A DNA stretch of 64,000 bases from Dehalococcoidia bacterium (GTDB taxonomy: Bacteria; Chloroflexota; Dehalococcoidia; DSTF01; JACRBR01). Within the stretch, counting starts at the first letter, position 1; every line of letters begins with the position of its first letter. The notes beneath the pieces are model-generated. The model did no database searches and was not told where the DNA came from. It saw nothing but the letters and a program-made list of their open reading frames with translations. The translations under genes were made by a program, and so were the position numbers. The DNA lies in assembly GCA_021731085.1 (NCBI GenBank), contig JAKFYB010000013.1:88125-152124 (forward strand), read 5' to 3'. Positions 28,314-38,211 of this stretch are shown here, piece by piece.

Positions 28314-30977
28314 ATGAACCGGGTATCCACGCTGATCATCGGAGCGCTCTTCGCCATCGCAGCGATCGAGTTCGGCCTGCTGGGCGCGAGCGCGGCGGGG
28401 CTGACTGGCGGCAAGGATGGCGGGCTGCCACCTGTCAGCGAACGGGTGGGCGTCGTCGCCACGCCTACGCCACTACCCGCGCTGGAAATCTCGCTGTCAG
28501 CGCCACCGTACATCGGCTGCAACCCAAATCACGGTGAATTCGTGGACGCGTTTATCACGACGGCGGGAGGCCAAATCGTGGCCGACGGCACAGAGGTTGC
28601 GTTCTCGGTGCTTCCTCAGGGCACCGCCAATCCCGCTATCGCAACGACCGTCGCAGGCACCGCTACCTCGTGGGTTCTCCCTGACGTGCCCAGCGGCGGC
28701 GGCATCACTGTTTTCGCAACGTCCGGCTTCGCGGAGGCATCCGTCTTCATTCCATGTGGGTTTGCGACGCCGACCATGCCGGTCTTCGTAACCGTCACGC
28801 CAACGCCATCACCTACTCCGTGCGACGGACCGTGTCCGCCGACATTCACCGCGACAACAACATGGACGCCTGGCCCTCAGGGGACAAACACGCCCTGTGC
28901 GCTATGCCCGACAGCTACGCCCCCGCCGCTCTCCCCGCCGCCGTGCGATCCGGAGGAGCAGTTCTGTTCGCCGGCCACGCCGGAGCCTCCGCCCTCGCCG
29001 CCTTCGGTCGATGCCACGGGCATCGATATCCGAGCCAACCCGTTAACCATCGAGTGCAATGGCAGCGACCGTTCGGTCGTGACGGTGCGACTATTCGATG
29101 CGAACGGCGATCCTGTGCCGGACGGGACGTGGGTGTACTTCAGCCCGTACAACGGCTATGCCGATCCCTGGTCGGCGCAGACAACAAACGGCTACGCGAA
29201 AACGCAGGTCTCCTTCTACGGCGACATCTTCCCGTACGGTCCTAACCTGATCGTCGAGTCAGGACTGCTGCAAGCGGGCATCCGCATCCGCTGCAATCCG
29301 CAGTCCGATCCAACACCGTACCCGTGCAACCCCTCGCCGGGGAGCGACCCGCTGAGTCCGCCATGCGAACCGGAGCCGCCGTGCTCCGTCTCGCCACCGT
29401 CGGTGAGCCCGCCGTGCGAGGAACCACCGCAATCGCCGCCGACCGCCTTTGAACTCAGGCTGGATTGCGACACGGACACGTTCGGAATTCAGACGTACTG
29501 CTTCGCGTCGCCATCCGTATCCCAGGACGTCGCGGTCGTGATTACGAACCAATCTGGCAGCGGCAGCGAGATAGCTGGATTCAACTTCATACTGAACAAT
29601 GCGGACATCTCGATCATCGAGCCGCTGCCGGGAGTCGATACGACGCCACCGAATCACAACAACAATCCCGACTTCAACGAGGCAGAGATCAGCGCATCGG
29701 GCTGGGAGTGCGGACCGGTCAATCCTGACCAGACTCCCGGCGGTCCGTCAAGTGAGTCGCTGCTGTCGTGCTTCAACGGCCAGGGTTCCGTTTCTATCGC
29801 GGACGGTGCCTCGCTAGTCCTGGGCGTGGTCCATTACCGCACCGGGGTTCATGCAGGATCGACGCCGATCTTCATCGACTTTGCTGCGTTCTACGACTCT
29901 TCATTCCTCGAGTTGGGATCATGCCAGCCGACGATTGAGACCGAGATGAACTGCCACGGCGCAGTCGTTGAAATGCAGCCGCCATCACCGCCAGTCGGGA
30001 CACCTACACCTTCAAACACGGCATTCGAGATGGCGATCGACTGCGATTCCGCAAGTGAGGGTATTCAGAGCGAGTGTACTATCGAGCCCGGTCAGGCCGT
30101 TGACGCGCCGATCGTGGTGACGAACCGCACCTCGATTGACGAGAGGCTCGGCGCTCTTGGCTTCTACCTTGACAATGACGACACGAGCGTGCTCGCACCG
30201 AACGCAAGCGATGGCAACCCGCCAACGGGTCGCGATGGAAACCCGGATTTCAACGAGGGCGGACTCACATCCCCCAACTGGCTTTGCGCGCCGCCAACAC
30301 CGAGTCCCGACGTCACGCCGGGAGGACCGACGAGCGAATCGTTCATTGGCTGCTTCAACGGCTACCCGGCGACGGCACAGCTGATTGCAGCGGGCGAGTC
30401 GATCGTGATCGCGACCGTGCGCTTGACGGCCTCTTCCAATGGCGAAGCACACCTGGCGATTCGCGATGGCAACTTGTACAGCGCGAACTTCGGCGAGCTT
30501 GGTACATGCAACGGGTTCGTCAATATCGCGATGGCTTGTCCTGGCGCAACGATCACCGTCGACTCAGGCCCCACGACAGGCCCGATCACGACGCCGACCA
30601 GCATTGCGACGAACACACCGGTTTCGACCAATACGCCACTGCCGACAAACACCGCGCCGCCAACTCCTACCAACGTGCCAACGCAAACGCCGGCACCGCC
30701 ACCAGCGACACTTGCTCCGCCCAGCCCGACGCGGCCAGCTCGCACAGCGACAACCGTCGCGCGCACCGCCACCGTCGAGCCGACGCGCACACCCTCGCGC
30801 GGCAACCGATGCGCCGACGTGAACGACGACGGACGAGTGACGCGCGCCGACATCCGCGACATCGTGCGGCGTGTGCAGCGCGGGCCGTACATCGCCAAGT
30901 ACGACATCAACCGCAACGGCAGGCTCGGGTCTGGTGACGTGGTTGCGGCGATACGACAGCTCGGCCGCAGGTGCTAG
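28314..30977 (+). CDS. secreted repeat protein with two cohesin-like ~190-aa repeats and a C-terminal dockerin
   Basis: Signal/TM N-terminus, Pro/Thr-rich linkers. Repeats begin TAFELRLDCDTD (~29442) and TAFEMAIDCDSA (~30018). C-terminal duplicated Ca-binding DVNDDGRVTRAD / DINRNGRLGSGD dockerin loops. GGGAGG RBS. Confidence 0.6.
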   Translation: MNRVSTLIIGALFAIAAIEFGLLGASAAGLTGGKDGGLPPVSERVGVVATPTPLPALEISLSAPPYIGCNPNHGEFVDAFITTAGGQIVADGTEVAFSVLPQGTANPAIATTVAGTATSWVLPDVPSGGGITVFATSGFAEASVFIPCGFATPTMPVFVTVTPTPSPTPCDGPCPPTFTATTTWTPGPQGTNTPCALCPTATPPPLSPPPCDPEEQFCSPATPEPPPSPPSVDATGIDIRANPLTIECNGSDRSVVTVRLFDANGDPVPDGTWVYFSPYNGYADPWSAQTTNGYAKTQVSFYGDIFPYGPNLIVESGLLQAGIRIRCNPQSDPTPYPCNPSPGSDPLSPPCEPEPPCSVSPPSVSPPCEEPPQSPPTAFELRLDCDTDTFGIQTYCFASPSVSQDVAVVITNQSGSGSEIAGFNFILNNADISIIEPLPGVDTTPPNHNNNPDFNEAEISASGWECGPVNPDQTPGGPSSESLLSCFNGQGSVSIADGASLVLGVVHYRTGVHAGSTPIFIDFAAFYDSSFLELGSCQPTIETEMNCHGAVVEMQPPSPPVGTPTPSNTAFEMAIDCDSASEGIQSECTIEPGQAVDAPIVVTNRTSIDERLGALGFYLDNDDTSVLAPNASDGNPPTGRDGNPDFNEGGLTSPNWLCAPPTPSPDVTPGGPTSESFIGCFNGYPATAQLIAAGESIVIATVRLTASSNGEAHLAIRDGNLYSANFGELGTCNGFVNIAMACPGATITVDSGPTTGPITTPTSIATNTPVSTNTPLPTNTAPPTPTNVPTQTPAPPPATLAPPSPTRPARTATTVARTATVEPTRTPSRGNRCADVNDDGRVTRADIRDIVRRVQRGPYIAKYDINRNGRLGSGDVVAAIRQLGRRC

Positions 30978-30986
30978 GTACGAACG

Positions 30987-31018
30987 GCGGGGGAGGTCGA
31001 GTTGACCTCCCCCGCGCC
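30987..31018. terminator. GC-rich hairpin (bidirectional terminator candidate) between convergent genes
   Basis: ggcgggggaggtc-gagtt-gacctcccccgc: 12-13 bp perfect stem, 5-nt loop, directly after the cohesin/dockerin gene stop. Confidence 0.5.
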
Positions 31019-31057
31019 TGCTTCGAAGTTGGTCGGTGATCCTCTTAGGCGAAATGC

Positions 31058-31303
31058 CTACTCCGCCCGGTCGATGCGGTCCACGACGCCCAGCACCGAC
31101 GTGATCAGCACGCGGTCGCCTGCTGCTGGCGCGTCGTACACCATGTCCGCTGACAGCCGCGCCTCTCGCGTTCGGTCGTCATCGCCGTCGAGACGGTAGA
31201 GCACGGCCCAGTACGGCGTGCCGTGAAGCTCGAACGCGCGCAAGTCAACGATCGCGCCGGGGAAGGGCTTCGGACGCTCGCCGCCGCGCACCCATTTCGT
31301 CAC
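31058..31303 (-). CDS. small hypothetical protein (OB-fold-like, possible degenerate DUF35 C-terminal copy)
   Basis: GTG at 31303 overlaps the TGA stop of the DUF35 gene (GTGA). ..HGTPYWAVLYRLDGDDDR..GDRVLITSV resembles the OB-fold part of DUF35. Confidence 0.25.
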   Translation of the reverse strand: MTKWVRGGERPKPFPGAIVDLRAFELHGTPYWAVLYRLDGDDDRTREARLSADMVYDAPAAGDRVLITSVLGVVDRIDRAE

Positions 31304-31749
31304 GACTGGGCTGGCTGGAAGCGGATGAGGGTTGTGTCGTCGGCGACGTCGTCGTAGTAGGCGACGAGAGGCATGTCGACCTTGAGGTCCTCGTTCGCGA
31401 CGGCGACGATGTTCGAGACGATGCGCGGGCCTTCTTCGAGCTCGACGACGGCGTAGTTGTACGGAACGTCGTCGGCGAAGCCGGGGAACTTCTGGTGCAT
31501 GATGCCGAACGAGTACAGCGTCCCGCGCCCGCTGGCCTTCGCCCACTCGGATTCGGTCGAGAGGCAGTCCGGGCAGCGCGGCCGCGACGGCAATCTCCAC
31601 GCGAGGCACGAAAGGCAGCGCATCAGCATCAACTCGTGACGGCGCGTGCCTTCGTAGAACTCGCGCGACTCCTCGTCGGCCTGGGGCAGGGGTTTGGTGT
31701 AGGTTTCGCTCATCAGGCCATCCAGCGGTGAGTTGTTGAACCCGCGCAT
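31300..31749 (-). CDS. Zn-ribbon + OB-fold protein (DUF35 family)
   Basis: RCLSC..CPDC zinc ribbon, then OB-fold ..GRGTLYSFGIMHQ..PYNYAVVELEEGPR... Start ATG 31749 (alternatives GTG 31764, ATG 31713). Confidence 0.6.
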   Translation of the reverse strand: MRGFNNSPLDGLMSETYTKPLPQADEESREFYEGTRRHELMLMRCLSCLAWRLPSRPRCPDCLSTESEWAKASGRGTLYSFGIMHQKFPGFADDVPYNYAVVELEEGPRIVSNIVAVANEDLKVDMPLVAYYDDVADDTTLIRFQPAQS

Positions 31750-31794
31750 TGTAAACGACGGCACAACGCACTCGAGGCTGGAGTGGCTGTCGGA

Positions 31795-31965
31795 TTACTT
31801 GCCTTTCGCGTGGCCCTTTTCGTTGTGGTGCTTATTGACCGTCGCCGCGGCGATGGCCTTTGCTCGCTTGGTTGAGCGGCCCTGTTCAAGCTCGCTCTCC
31901 TTAACGCGCTCGTACATGCGCTGTTCCTTGTCGCTGACGCTGGGAAGATGCTGTTTCTTTGGCAT
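31795..31965 (-). CDS. small basic hypothetical protein (56 aa)
   Basis: ATG 31965 preceded by GGAGG RBS: MPKKQHLPSVSDKEQRMYERVKESELEQGRSTKRAKAIAAATVNKHHNEKGHAKGK. The rest of the long track ORF upstream is Arg-rich antisense of the PHP gene. Confidence 0.45.
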   Translation of the reverse strand: MPKKQHLPSVSDKEQRMYERVKESELEQGRSTKRAKAIAAATVNKHHNEKGHAKGK

Positions 31966-32088
31966 GATGGTCGCCTCCTGATCCCACGTTAGAGCCAACT
32001 GGCTGAACAAGGCATAGACGAACGGCGTTGACGCTTGCGGTTTCATCACACGGGCCCGATCGGTGCGGGCCCACCTTGACGCCGTACA

Positions 32089-32958
32089 ATGGCCGCGATG
32101 GGCTACGCCGACCTCCACATTCACACGCGGTACGGCGACGGAATGGCCACGGTTCCGGAGTTGCTGGCGCACGTCGAGCGCGAAACCGTGCTGGATGTAC
32201 TCGCCGTTACTGAGCACGACACACTGCGCGCGGCGGAAGACGCGCGCGAGCTTCATGCCCGAGGCGCGTTTCGCTTCGAGGTTGTCGGCGGGATGGAAGT
32301 CACCACGCTGGACGGGCATCTGCTGGCGCTGTTTGTGGATGAGCCGATCGCGAGCTTCCAGCGGATGGAGCCGACGCTTGAGGCGATCCACCGTCAGGGT
32401 GGACTCGCAATCGCGCCGCATCCGTTGTCGTGGCTGACACGCAGCGTGAAGGCGCCGGTATTCGAGCGCGTCGCGGCCTACGGCGGCACTGACGGCGTGT
32501 ACTTCGATGCGATCGAGGAGTACAACATGAGTCCGGCCGGGCGGGCGACATCCGAGAAAGCGCGTCGGCTTAACCGCGACCGGTTGCATCTGGCGGCGGT
32601 CGGGTGCAGCGACGCGCACTTTCTGCAGGCGGTCGGCAGTGGGCGCACGGTTTTCGAGGGGACGACCGCGGCTGAACTGCGTACGGCGATCGAGGAGAAG
32701 ACGAGCGTGGGCGAAGCGTTGCGCGCGCCCACGATGTCGGAGCTGGGGTACGGCAACGTTGCGCTGCAGTCGTGGCGCGGGCTGATGGCGACGCCGCGCA
32801 ACATGGGATGGGGCGCGACGATTCGGAGCTTTGTTATAAGTCACCGGCGTGGGCCTGACGTGAAATCAGGCGTCGGCGCTGGCACTTCGCCTCACCCCCC
32901 GGCCCCCTCTCCGCGTCGTGGAGAGGGGGAGCACTCAGCCGGGGATGGTGGGCTATGA
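32089..32958 (+). CDS. PHP-domain (polymerase/histidinol phosphatase-like) metal-dependent phosphoesterase
   Basis: YADLHIHTRYGDG..HP..DAH PHP motifs. Stop overlaps the start of the downstream GT4 gene (ATGA). Confidence 0.75.
   Translation: MAAMGYADLHIHTRYGDGMATVPELLAHVERETVLDVLAVTEHDTLRAAEDARELHARGAFRFEVVGGMEVTTLDGHLLALFVDEPIASFQRMEPTLEAIHRQGGLAIAPHPLSWLTRSVKAPVFERVAAYGGTDGVYFDAIEEYNMSPAGRATSEKARRLNRDRLHLAAVGCSDAHFLQAVGSGRTVFEGTTAAELRTAIEEKTSVGEALRAPTMSELGYGNVALQSWRGLMATPRNMGWGATIRSFVISHRRGPDVKSGVGAGTSPHPPAPSPRRGEGEHSAGDGGL
32903..32929. other. perfect 10-bp-stem hairpin inside the PHP 3' end, 26 nt upstream of the GT4 start
   Basis: ccccctctcc-gcgtcgt-ggagaggggg. Confidence 0.35.
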
Positions 32959-34079
32959 AAATCGCGATTGTTTCGCCGTATGACTGGGCGGCTACGGGCG
33001 GTGTGAACAACCACATCTCGCATCTGGCGGAGCAGTTTGTCGAGATGGGGCACGCGCCCCACATCATCGCGCCGGGTGTGGGGAAGATGGCGAACACGCC
33101 GTGCCCGGTGACGGTCATCGGGCGTCCGATTCCGCTGCGAGTCAGCGGATCTGTCGCGCGCATCACGTTGTCGCTGCGGACGGCGGGCAAGGTGCAGGAA
33201 GTCTTGGAGGAGGGCTTCGACATCGTGCACGTGCACGAGCCCTTCATGCCGCAGCTGCCGATCCAGTTCTTGCGGTACTCGACGGCGGTGAACGTCGGGA
33301 CGTGGCACGCCGCGCGCGAGTCCAACTTCTTCTATCTCTACGGACGGCGGCTGATCAAGCGCTGGCAGACGAAGCTCGATGGCAAGATCGCCGTGTCGAA
33401 TGCGGCCGTGAAGCACATCGAGCAGTACTTTCCCGGGTACTACAACATCATCCCGAACGGCGTCGACGTCGAGCACTTCACGCAAGAGGCGGAGCCGCTG
33501 CCGGAGTTTATGGACGGCAAGAAGAATGTGCTGTTCGTCGGACGGCCGGAGAAGCGGAAGGGATTGAAGTACCTGATACGGGCGTTCGTCGGCGTGCAGC
33601 GTGCGATTCCCGATAGCAGGCTGATCGTCGTCGGCGCCGGGAAGTTCGACCGGTACGAGGCGGCGGTGCGGAAGGCGAAGCTGCACGATGTGGTGTTCCG
33701 CAGTTTCGTCCCGTTCAACGAACTGCCGCGATACCACAAGAGCGCGCACGTCTTCTGCGCGCCCAACACCGGGTTCGAGAGCCAGGGCATCGTGCTGCTG
33801 GAGGCAATGGCGGCGGGGCTACCGATTGTTGCGTCGAACATCGACGGGTTTGCGGGCGTGCTGACCCACGGCGTCGAAGGGCTGTTGGTCAAGCCGGAGG
33901 ACCCGCCAGCACTGGCGGAGGCGCTGATCGATTTACTGCGTGACCCTGTGAAGTCTGCGCGCATGGTGGTGCGGGGCGCGGATCGCGTCGAGCATTTCCG
34001 CTGGGATCGCGTATCGCAGCAGGTGTTGTCGTACTACGAGCGGTTGATTTACGAACGACGGTTGGTGGAGAAGGGCTGA
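32955..34079 (+). CDS. GT4-family glycosyltransferase (group 1)
   Basis: GT-B fold; E(x7)E motif region GIVLLEAMAAGLPIVASNIDGFAGVLTHGVEG. Confidence 0.85.
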   Translation: MKIAIVSPYDWAATGGVNNHISHLAEQFVEMGHAPHIIAPGVGKMANTPCPVTVIGRPIPLRVSGSVARITLSLRTAGKVQEVLEEGFDIVHVHEPFMPQLPIQFLRYSTAVNVGTWHAARESNFFYLYGRRLIKRWQTKLDGKIAVSNAAVKHIEQYFPGYYNIIPNGVDVEHFTQEAEPLPEFMDGKKNVLFVGRPEKRKGLKYLIRAFVGVQRAIPDSRLIVVGAGKFDRYEAAVRKAKLHDVVFRSFVPFNELPRYHKSAHVFCAPNTGFESQGIVLLEAMAAGLPIVASNIDGFAGVLTHGVEGLLVKPEDPPALAEALIDLLRDPVKSARMVVRGADRVEHFRWDRVSQQVLSYYERLIYERRLVEKG

Positions 34080-34145
34080 GCGCCGGATCGTCGTAGCCAC
34101 GCGGCGGAACAGTCTCAAGACCTGTCTCTACGACGGCCCAACACG

Positions 34146-35108
<963 letters not shown>

Positions 35109-35295
35109 CGGTCACAGACTAGCGCGTAGGCGGGCTGAGCCATAGGGGAATTGCCGTATGCCTGTGCATCGATGCGTCGGCCACATCGCGCGCCAGCGGC
35201 GACCGCGCAGGCTGAAGGCCCGCGCTACGGTGAGGTTCGAGGCGGCTCCACGATCTCGCTACGTTCAACGCGACACGCTCCTGTAGTCTACGAGC

Positions 35296-36483
35296 GTGGC
35301 GAGTGAACCATCGACCCCCGACTATCGGCTGCTGCATGCGGCTGCGTTCGCTTCAATCTTCTGTCTTGGAATCTCGGCTGCGGCCATCGGGCCGGTGCTG
35401 CCGTTTTTAGCCGAGGATGTTGGCGTATCGCTGGACACCGCCGGACTGCTCCTGACGGCGTTCTTCATCGGTTCGATCAGCACGTCGGCGCTGGTGGCCG
35501 TACGCCTCCACGGGTTCGACACACGGCTGCTGTGCCTGGCAGGACTGGTCTTCCAGGCCATCGGCACGACGATGCTGGCGGTAGCCCCCACCTTCGAGGT
35601 GGTGCTGGCGGCGGGCGTCGTGATCGGAATCGGCGATGGCCTGGTCGTGGCTGCGACGCACATCCTGCTGCAGATGACGTCGGATGACATTCCCAAGGGT
35701 CTGAACTGGCTGAACATCTACTTTGCCATCGGGGCTGTGATTGGTCCGTTGTGGGCGGGCGCGATGCTCGCTCTAACGGAAGATCGCGTCACGGTGTACG
35801 CAGGCATCGTCGTTGCGATTGTCGCCGCCATCGCCTTGACTGCGATCGCTGATGTCACGGTCCATCGAGCGGTGCCTGCGCCTGACGACGACTTCAAGCT
35901 ACCCGTCACGAGCACGGCTTGGATCATGGGCGGCGTACTGTTTTTGTATGTTGGCGCGGAGTTTGGCCTGGGGGCGTGGGTTTCCACGTTCGCGCGCGAG
36001 ACGGCGGACGCGGGGGTGTTTGGGTCGGCCGTGATCGCGTCCGGCTACTGGGCCGCGCTCGCTGTTGGTCGATTCGCGACGGCCTGGTATTTCAATAGAC
36101 AAGGTGATGCCGTCCGCCTGCTGCTGATCTCGTGCGCGGGCGCTGGCATCTCGTCGACGATCCTCGCGTTGTCTTCCGGGAACGTCGGACTTGCGGCGGC
36201 GGCGGCGCTTGCGTCCGGGTTCTTTCTCGGACCGGTGTGGCCGGCAGTCACCGCGATCGCCGCAGAAGGCGCTGACTCCGGCGCGATGGCGACGACGGTG
36301 ACGCTCGGGAACGCGGGTGGTGTGGCGCTGCCATGGCTTCAGGGGAAACTGCTTGTCGGATCAGGCGGAGCGCAGGGCGTCGGTATGACGGCGGTGCTAT
36401 GTGGAATGATGTTCGCCGTCATGCTCGGATTCCGCGGACGGCGGCGCGTCGTGAGCGATGCCGAGCGGCAGATCAGGATCTGA
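35296..36483 (+). CDS. MFS transporter
   Basis: ~12 predicted TM helices; GTG start. Confidence 0.7.
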   Translation: MASEPSTPDYRLLHAAAFASIFCLGISAAAIGPVLPFLAEDVGVSLDTAGLLLTAFFIGSISTSALVAVRLHGFDTRLLCLAGLVFQAIGTTMLAVAPTFEVVLAAGVVIGIGDGLVVAATHILLQMTSDDIPKGLNWLNIYFAIGAVIGPLWAGAMLALTEDRVTVYAGIVVAIVAAIALTAIADVTVHRAVPAPDDDFKLPVTSTAWIMGGVLFLYVGAEFGLGAWVSTFARETADAGVFGSAVIASGYWAALAVGRFATAWYFNRQGDAVRLLLISCAGAGISSTILALSSGNVGLAAAAALASGFFLGPVWPAVTAIAAEGADSGAMATTVTLGNAGGVALPWLQGKLLVGSGGAQGVGMTAVLCGMMFAVMLGFRGRRRVVSDAERQIRI

Positions 36484-37959
36484 GACGGCCGCGTCGGACT
36501 CGGCCCAGTACGTAGAGAGCACGTCGAGACGGCGGGTGGGCGCCTGACCACCGAACTTCACGGACAGCCAGACGAGGAGTATCGCGGCCACGAGCAGCAC
36601 GAACGGCGCCGCGATGAGTACTGCGCGCACGCCGAAGATCGTGGCGGCGGCACCGAGCGTGAGCAGCGGCACGATGGCGACGGCGTTCTTGAGGACGCTC
36701 TGTAGCGCGAAGGCACGACCCTGGTATGTCAGCGGTACACGGCGGTTCAGGTACGTCTGGACGGCGACGGCGGTGAGCGCGAGCCCGAAGCCAAGGCCAA
36801 CGGCAAGCAGCCCAGCAGTGCGCAGTTCAGGCGACAGTTCGATACCGACGATGCTCAGCAGACGCAGCGGGTTGAGTGAATCGACAACTTCGGCGATCTG
36901 TTCGACGAAGCCGAGCCCGAACAGAACGAACGTCACAATCACGAACCCGGTGAGCGCGACGACGCGCTCACCCCACACACGGACGGCCTCCGGGGCGGCC
37001 GCCATCGCGACGAGCAGGCCAATGGTGGACGGCGCGAAGACGTACACCGCGTCGGCGGCATCGACGTTGAGGACGCTCTGTACGTAGCGCGGCGCGAGGG
37101 TCAGGACGACGATGCTTGCGGTGCCTGCGAGCACGGCGACGAACATCATCGTCGCGACGGCGCGCTCGTGCCCGAGCCAGCGGGTGGTCTGGCGGACGTT
37201 CGCCTGAGGGCGCTTGCTGAAGTCGAACTTTCGGTCCGGTTCGCCGGTCGGAAGATCGAAGGCCCGGCTGGCAGCGAGAATGAGCATGATGCCACCGGCG
37301 ACGAATACGGCTTCCACCCCGTAGGCTTTCACGAGGATCGGGGCGAGGATGGCCGTACCAAACGCTGTGCCGAAGTTCGAGGCCAGTCCAACGAGCGATG
37401 CCGCCGTCGCTAATTGTTCTTTCGATGTCACGAGTGGAAGCACGGCTGACTCGCTCGGGCCGGAAACTTGACCGAGGAGATTGACGGTGAAGATGAGGAA
37501 GAGGACGGCGCTGAGGTCGGTGCCGAACGCGATCGGCACGACGAAGCAGAGGCCTGCCTGCAGTGCGTAGAACAATGCAAGCGCGACACGCTTCGGCAGT
37601 TGGTCGGCAATTACGCCGCCGTAGAGCCCGAAGAGCGCGGGAGGCAGGATCGCCGCGCAGCCGATGAGCGCCGACTCGAACGCGGTGCCACCGTCGCGGA
37701 CAACGGCGATGATCGCGCCGTATGTGAGGGCCTGCTGGCCAGCGTCGGAGAAAAACCGTGAGGCGAGCACCTGCTCGACGCGCGGGTCGCGGACGATGGA
37801 TGTGTCGGGCAGGAATATCCAGAGGAAGCGAAAGACGCGCCGCTGGCCGTGGTCGAGGATGCTGTCGGCCCGGAGAATGGCGCCGCGCATCGCGCCGCGA
37901 GCGGTCGGACGTTCGCCTGGGGCCGGCTCTGGTACGGGTCGGCGCTCATCGTGCGGCAT
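36397..37959 (-). CDS. MFS transporter
   Basis: Multi-TM; start ATG 37959. 3' end overlaps the convergent MFS gene by 87 bp. Confidence 0.65.
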   Translation of the reverse strand: MPHDERRPVPEPAPGERPTARGAMRGAILRADSILDHGQRRVFRFLWIFLPDTSIVRDPRVEQVLASRFFSDAGQQALTYGAIIAVVRDGGTAFESALIGCAAILPPALFGLYGGVIADQLPKRVALALFYALQAGLCFVVPIAFGTDLSAVLFLIFTVNLLGQVSGPSESAVLPLVTSKEQLATAASLVGLASNFGTAFGTAILAPILVKAYGVEAVFVAGGIMLILAASRAFDLPTGEPDRKFDFSKRPQANVRQTTRWLGHERAVATMMFVAVLAGTASIVVLTLAPRYVQSVLNVDAADAVYVFAPSTIGLLVAMAAAPEAVRVWGERVVALTGFVIVTFVLFGLGFVEQIAEVVDSLNPLRLLSIVGIELSPELRTAGLLAVGLGFGLALTAVAVQTYLNRRVPLTYQGRAFALQSVLKNAVAIVPLLTLGAAATIFGVRAVLIAAPFVLLVAAILLVWLSVKFGGQAPTRRLDVLSTYWAESDAAVSDPDLPLGIAHDAPPSAESEHDGEHHST

Positions 37960-38211
37960 GGCGCGATTGTAGCCAAGATGTGGATGGCTCCACGTTGACA
38001 CGCGCTTCGACTGAGGATTTCGCAACGTCAGCGCTCGCAGGCAACAGAAGCTGCAATTCTCGCTTGAGCCAGCGATGGCCGTGGCGGATGATTCAAACGC
38101 GCGTCGCTCCGAGCGTCACGCTCCTTGACCTGACCGCCGGTAGCAAGCGACAGGCATCAACCGAAGCCAGCGGACAGGTCTGAAGACCTGCCCATGCGGA
38201 AGGAAGACCAC

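Noticed and set aside
31795-32844. 349-aa minus-strand ORF
   Set aside because: Only the terminal 56 codons (31795..31965) are credible. The rest is antisense to the PHP gene.
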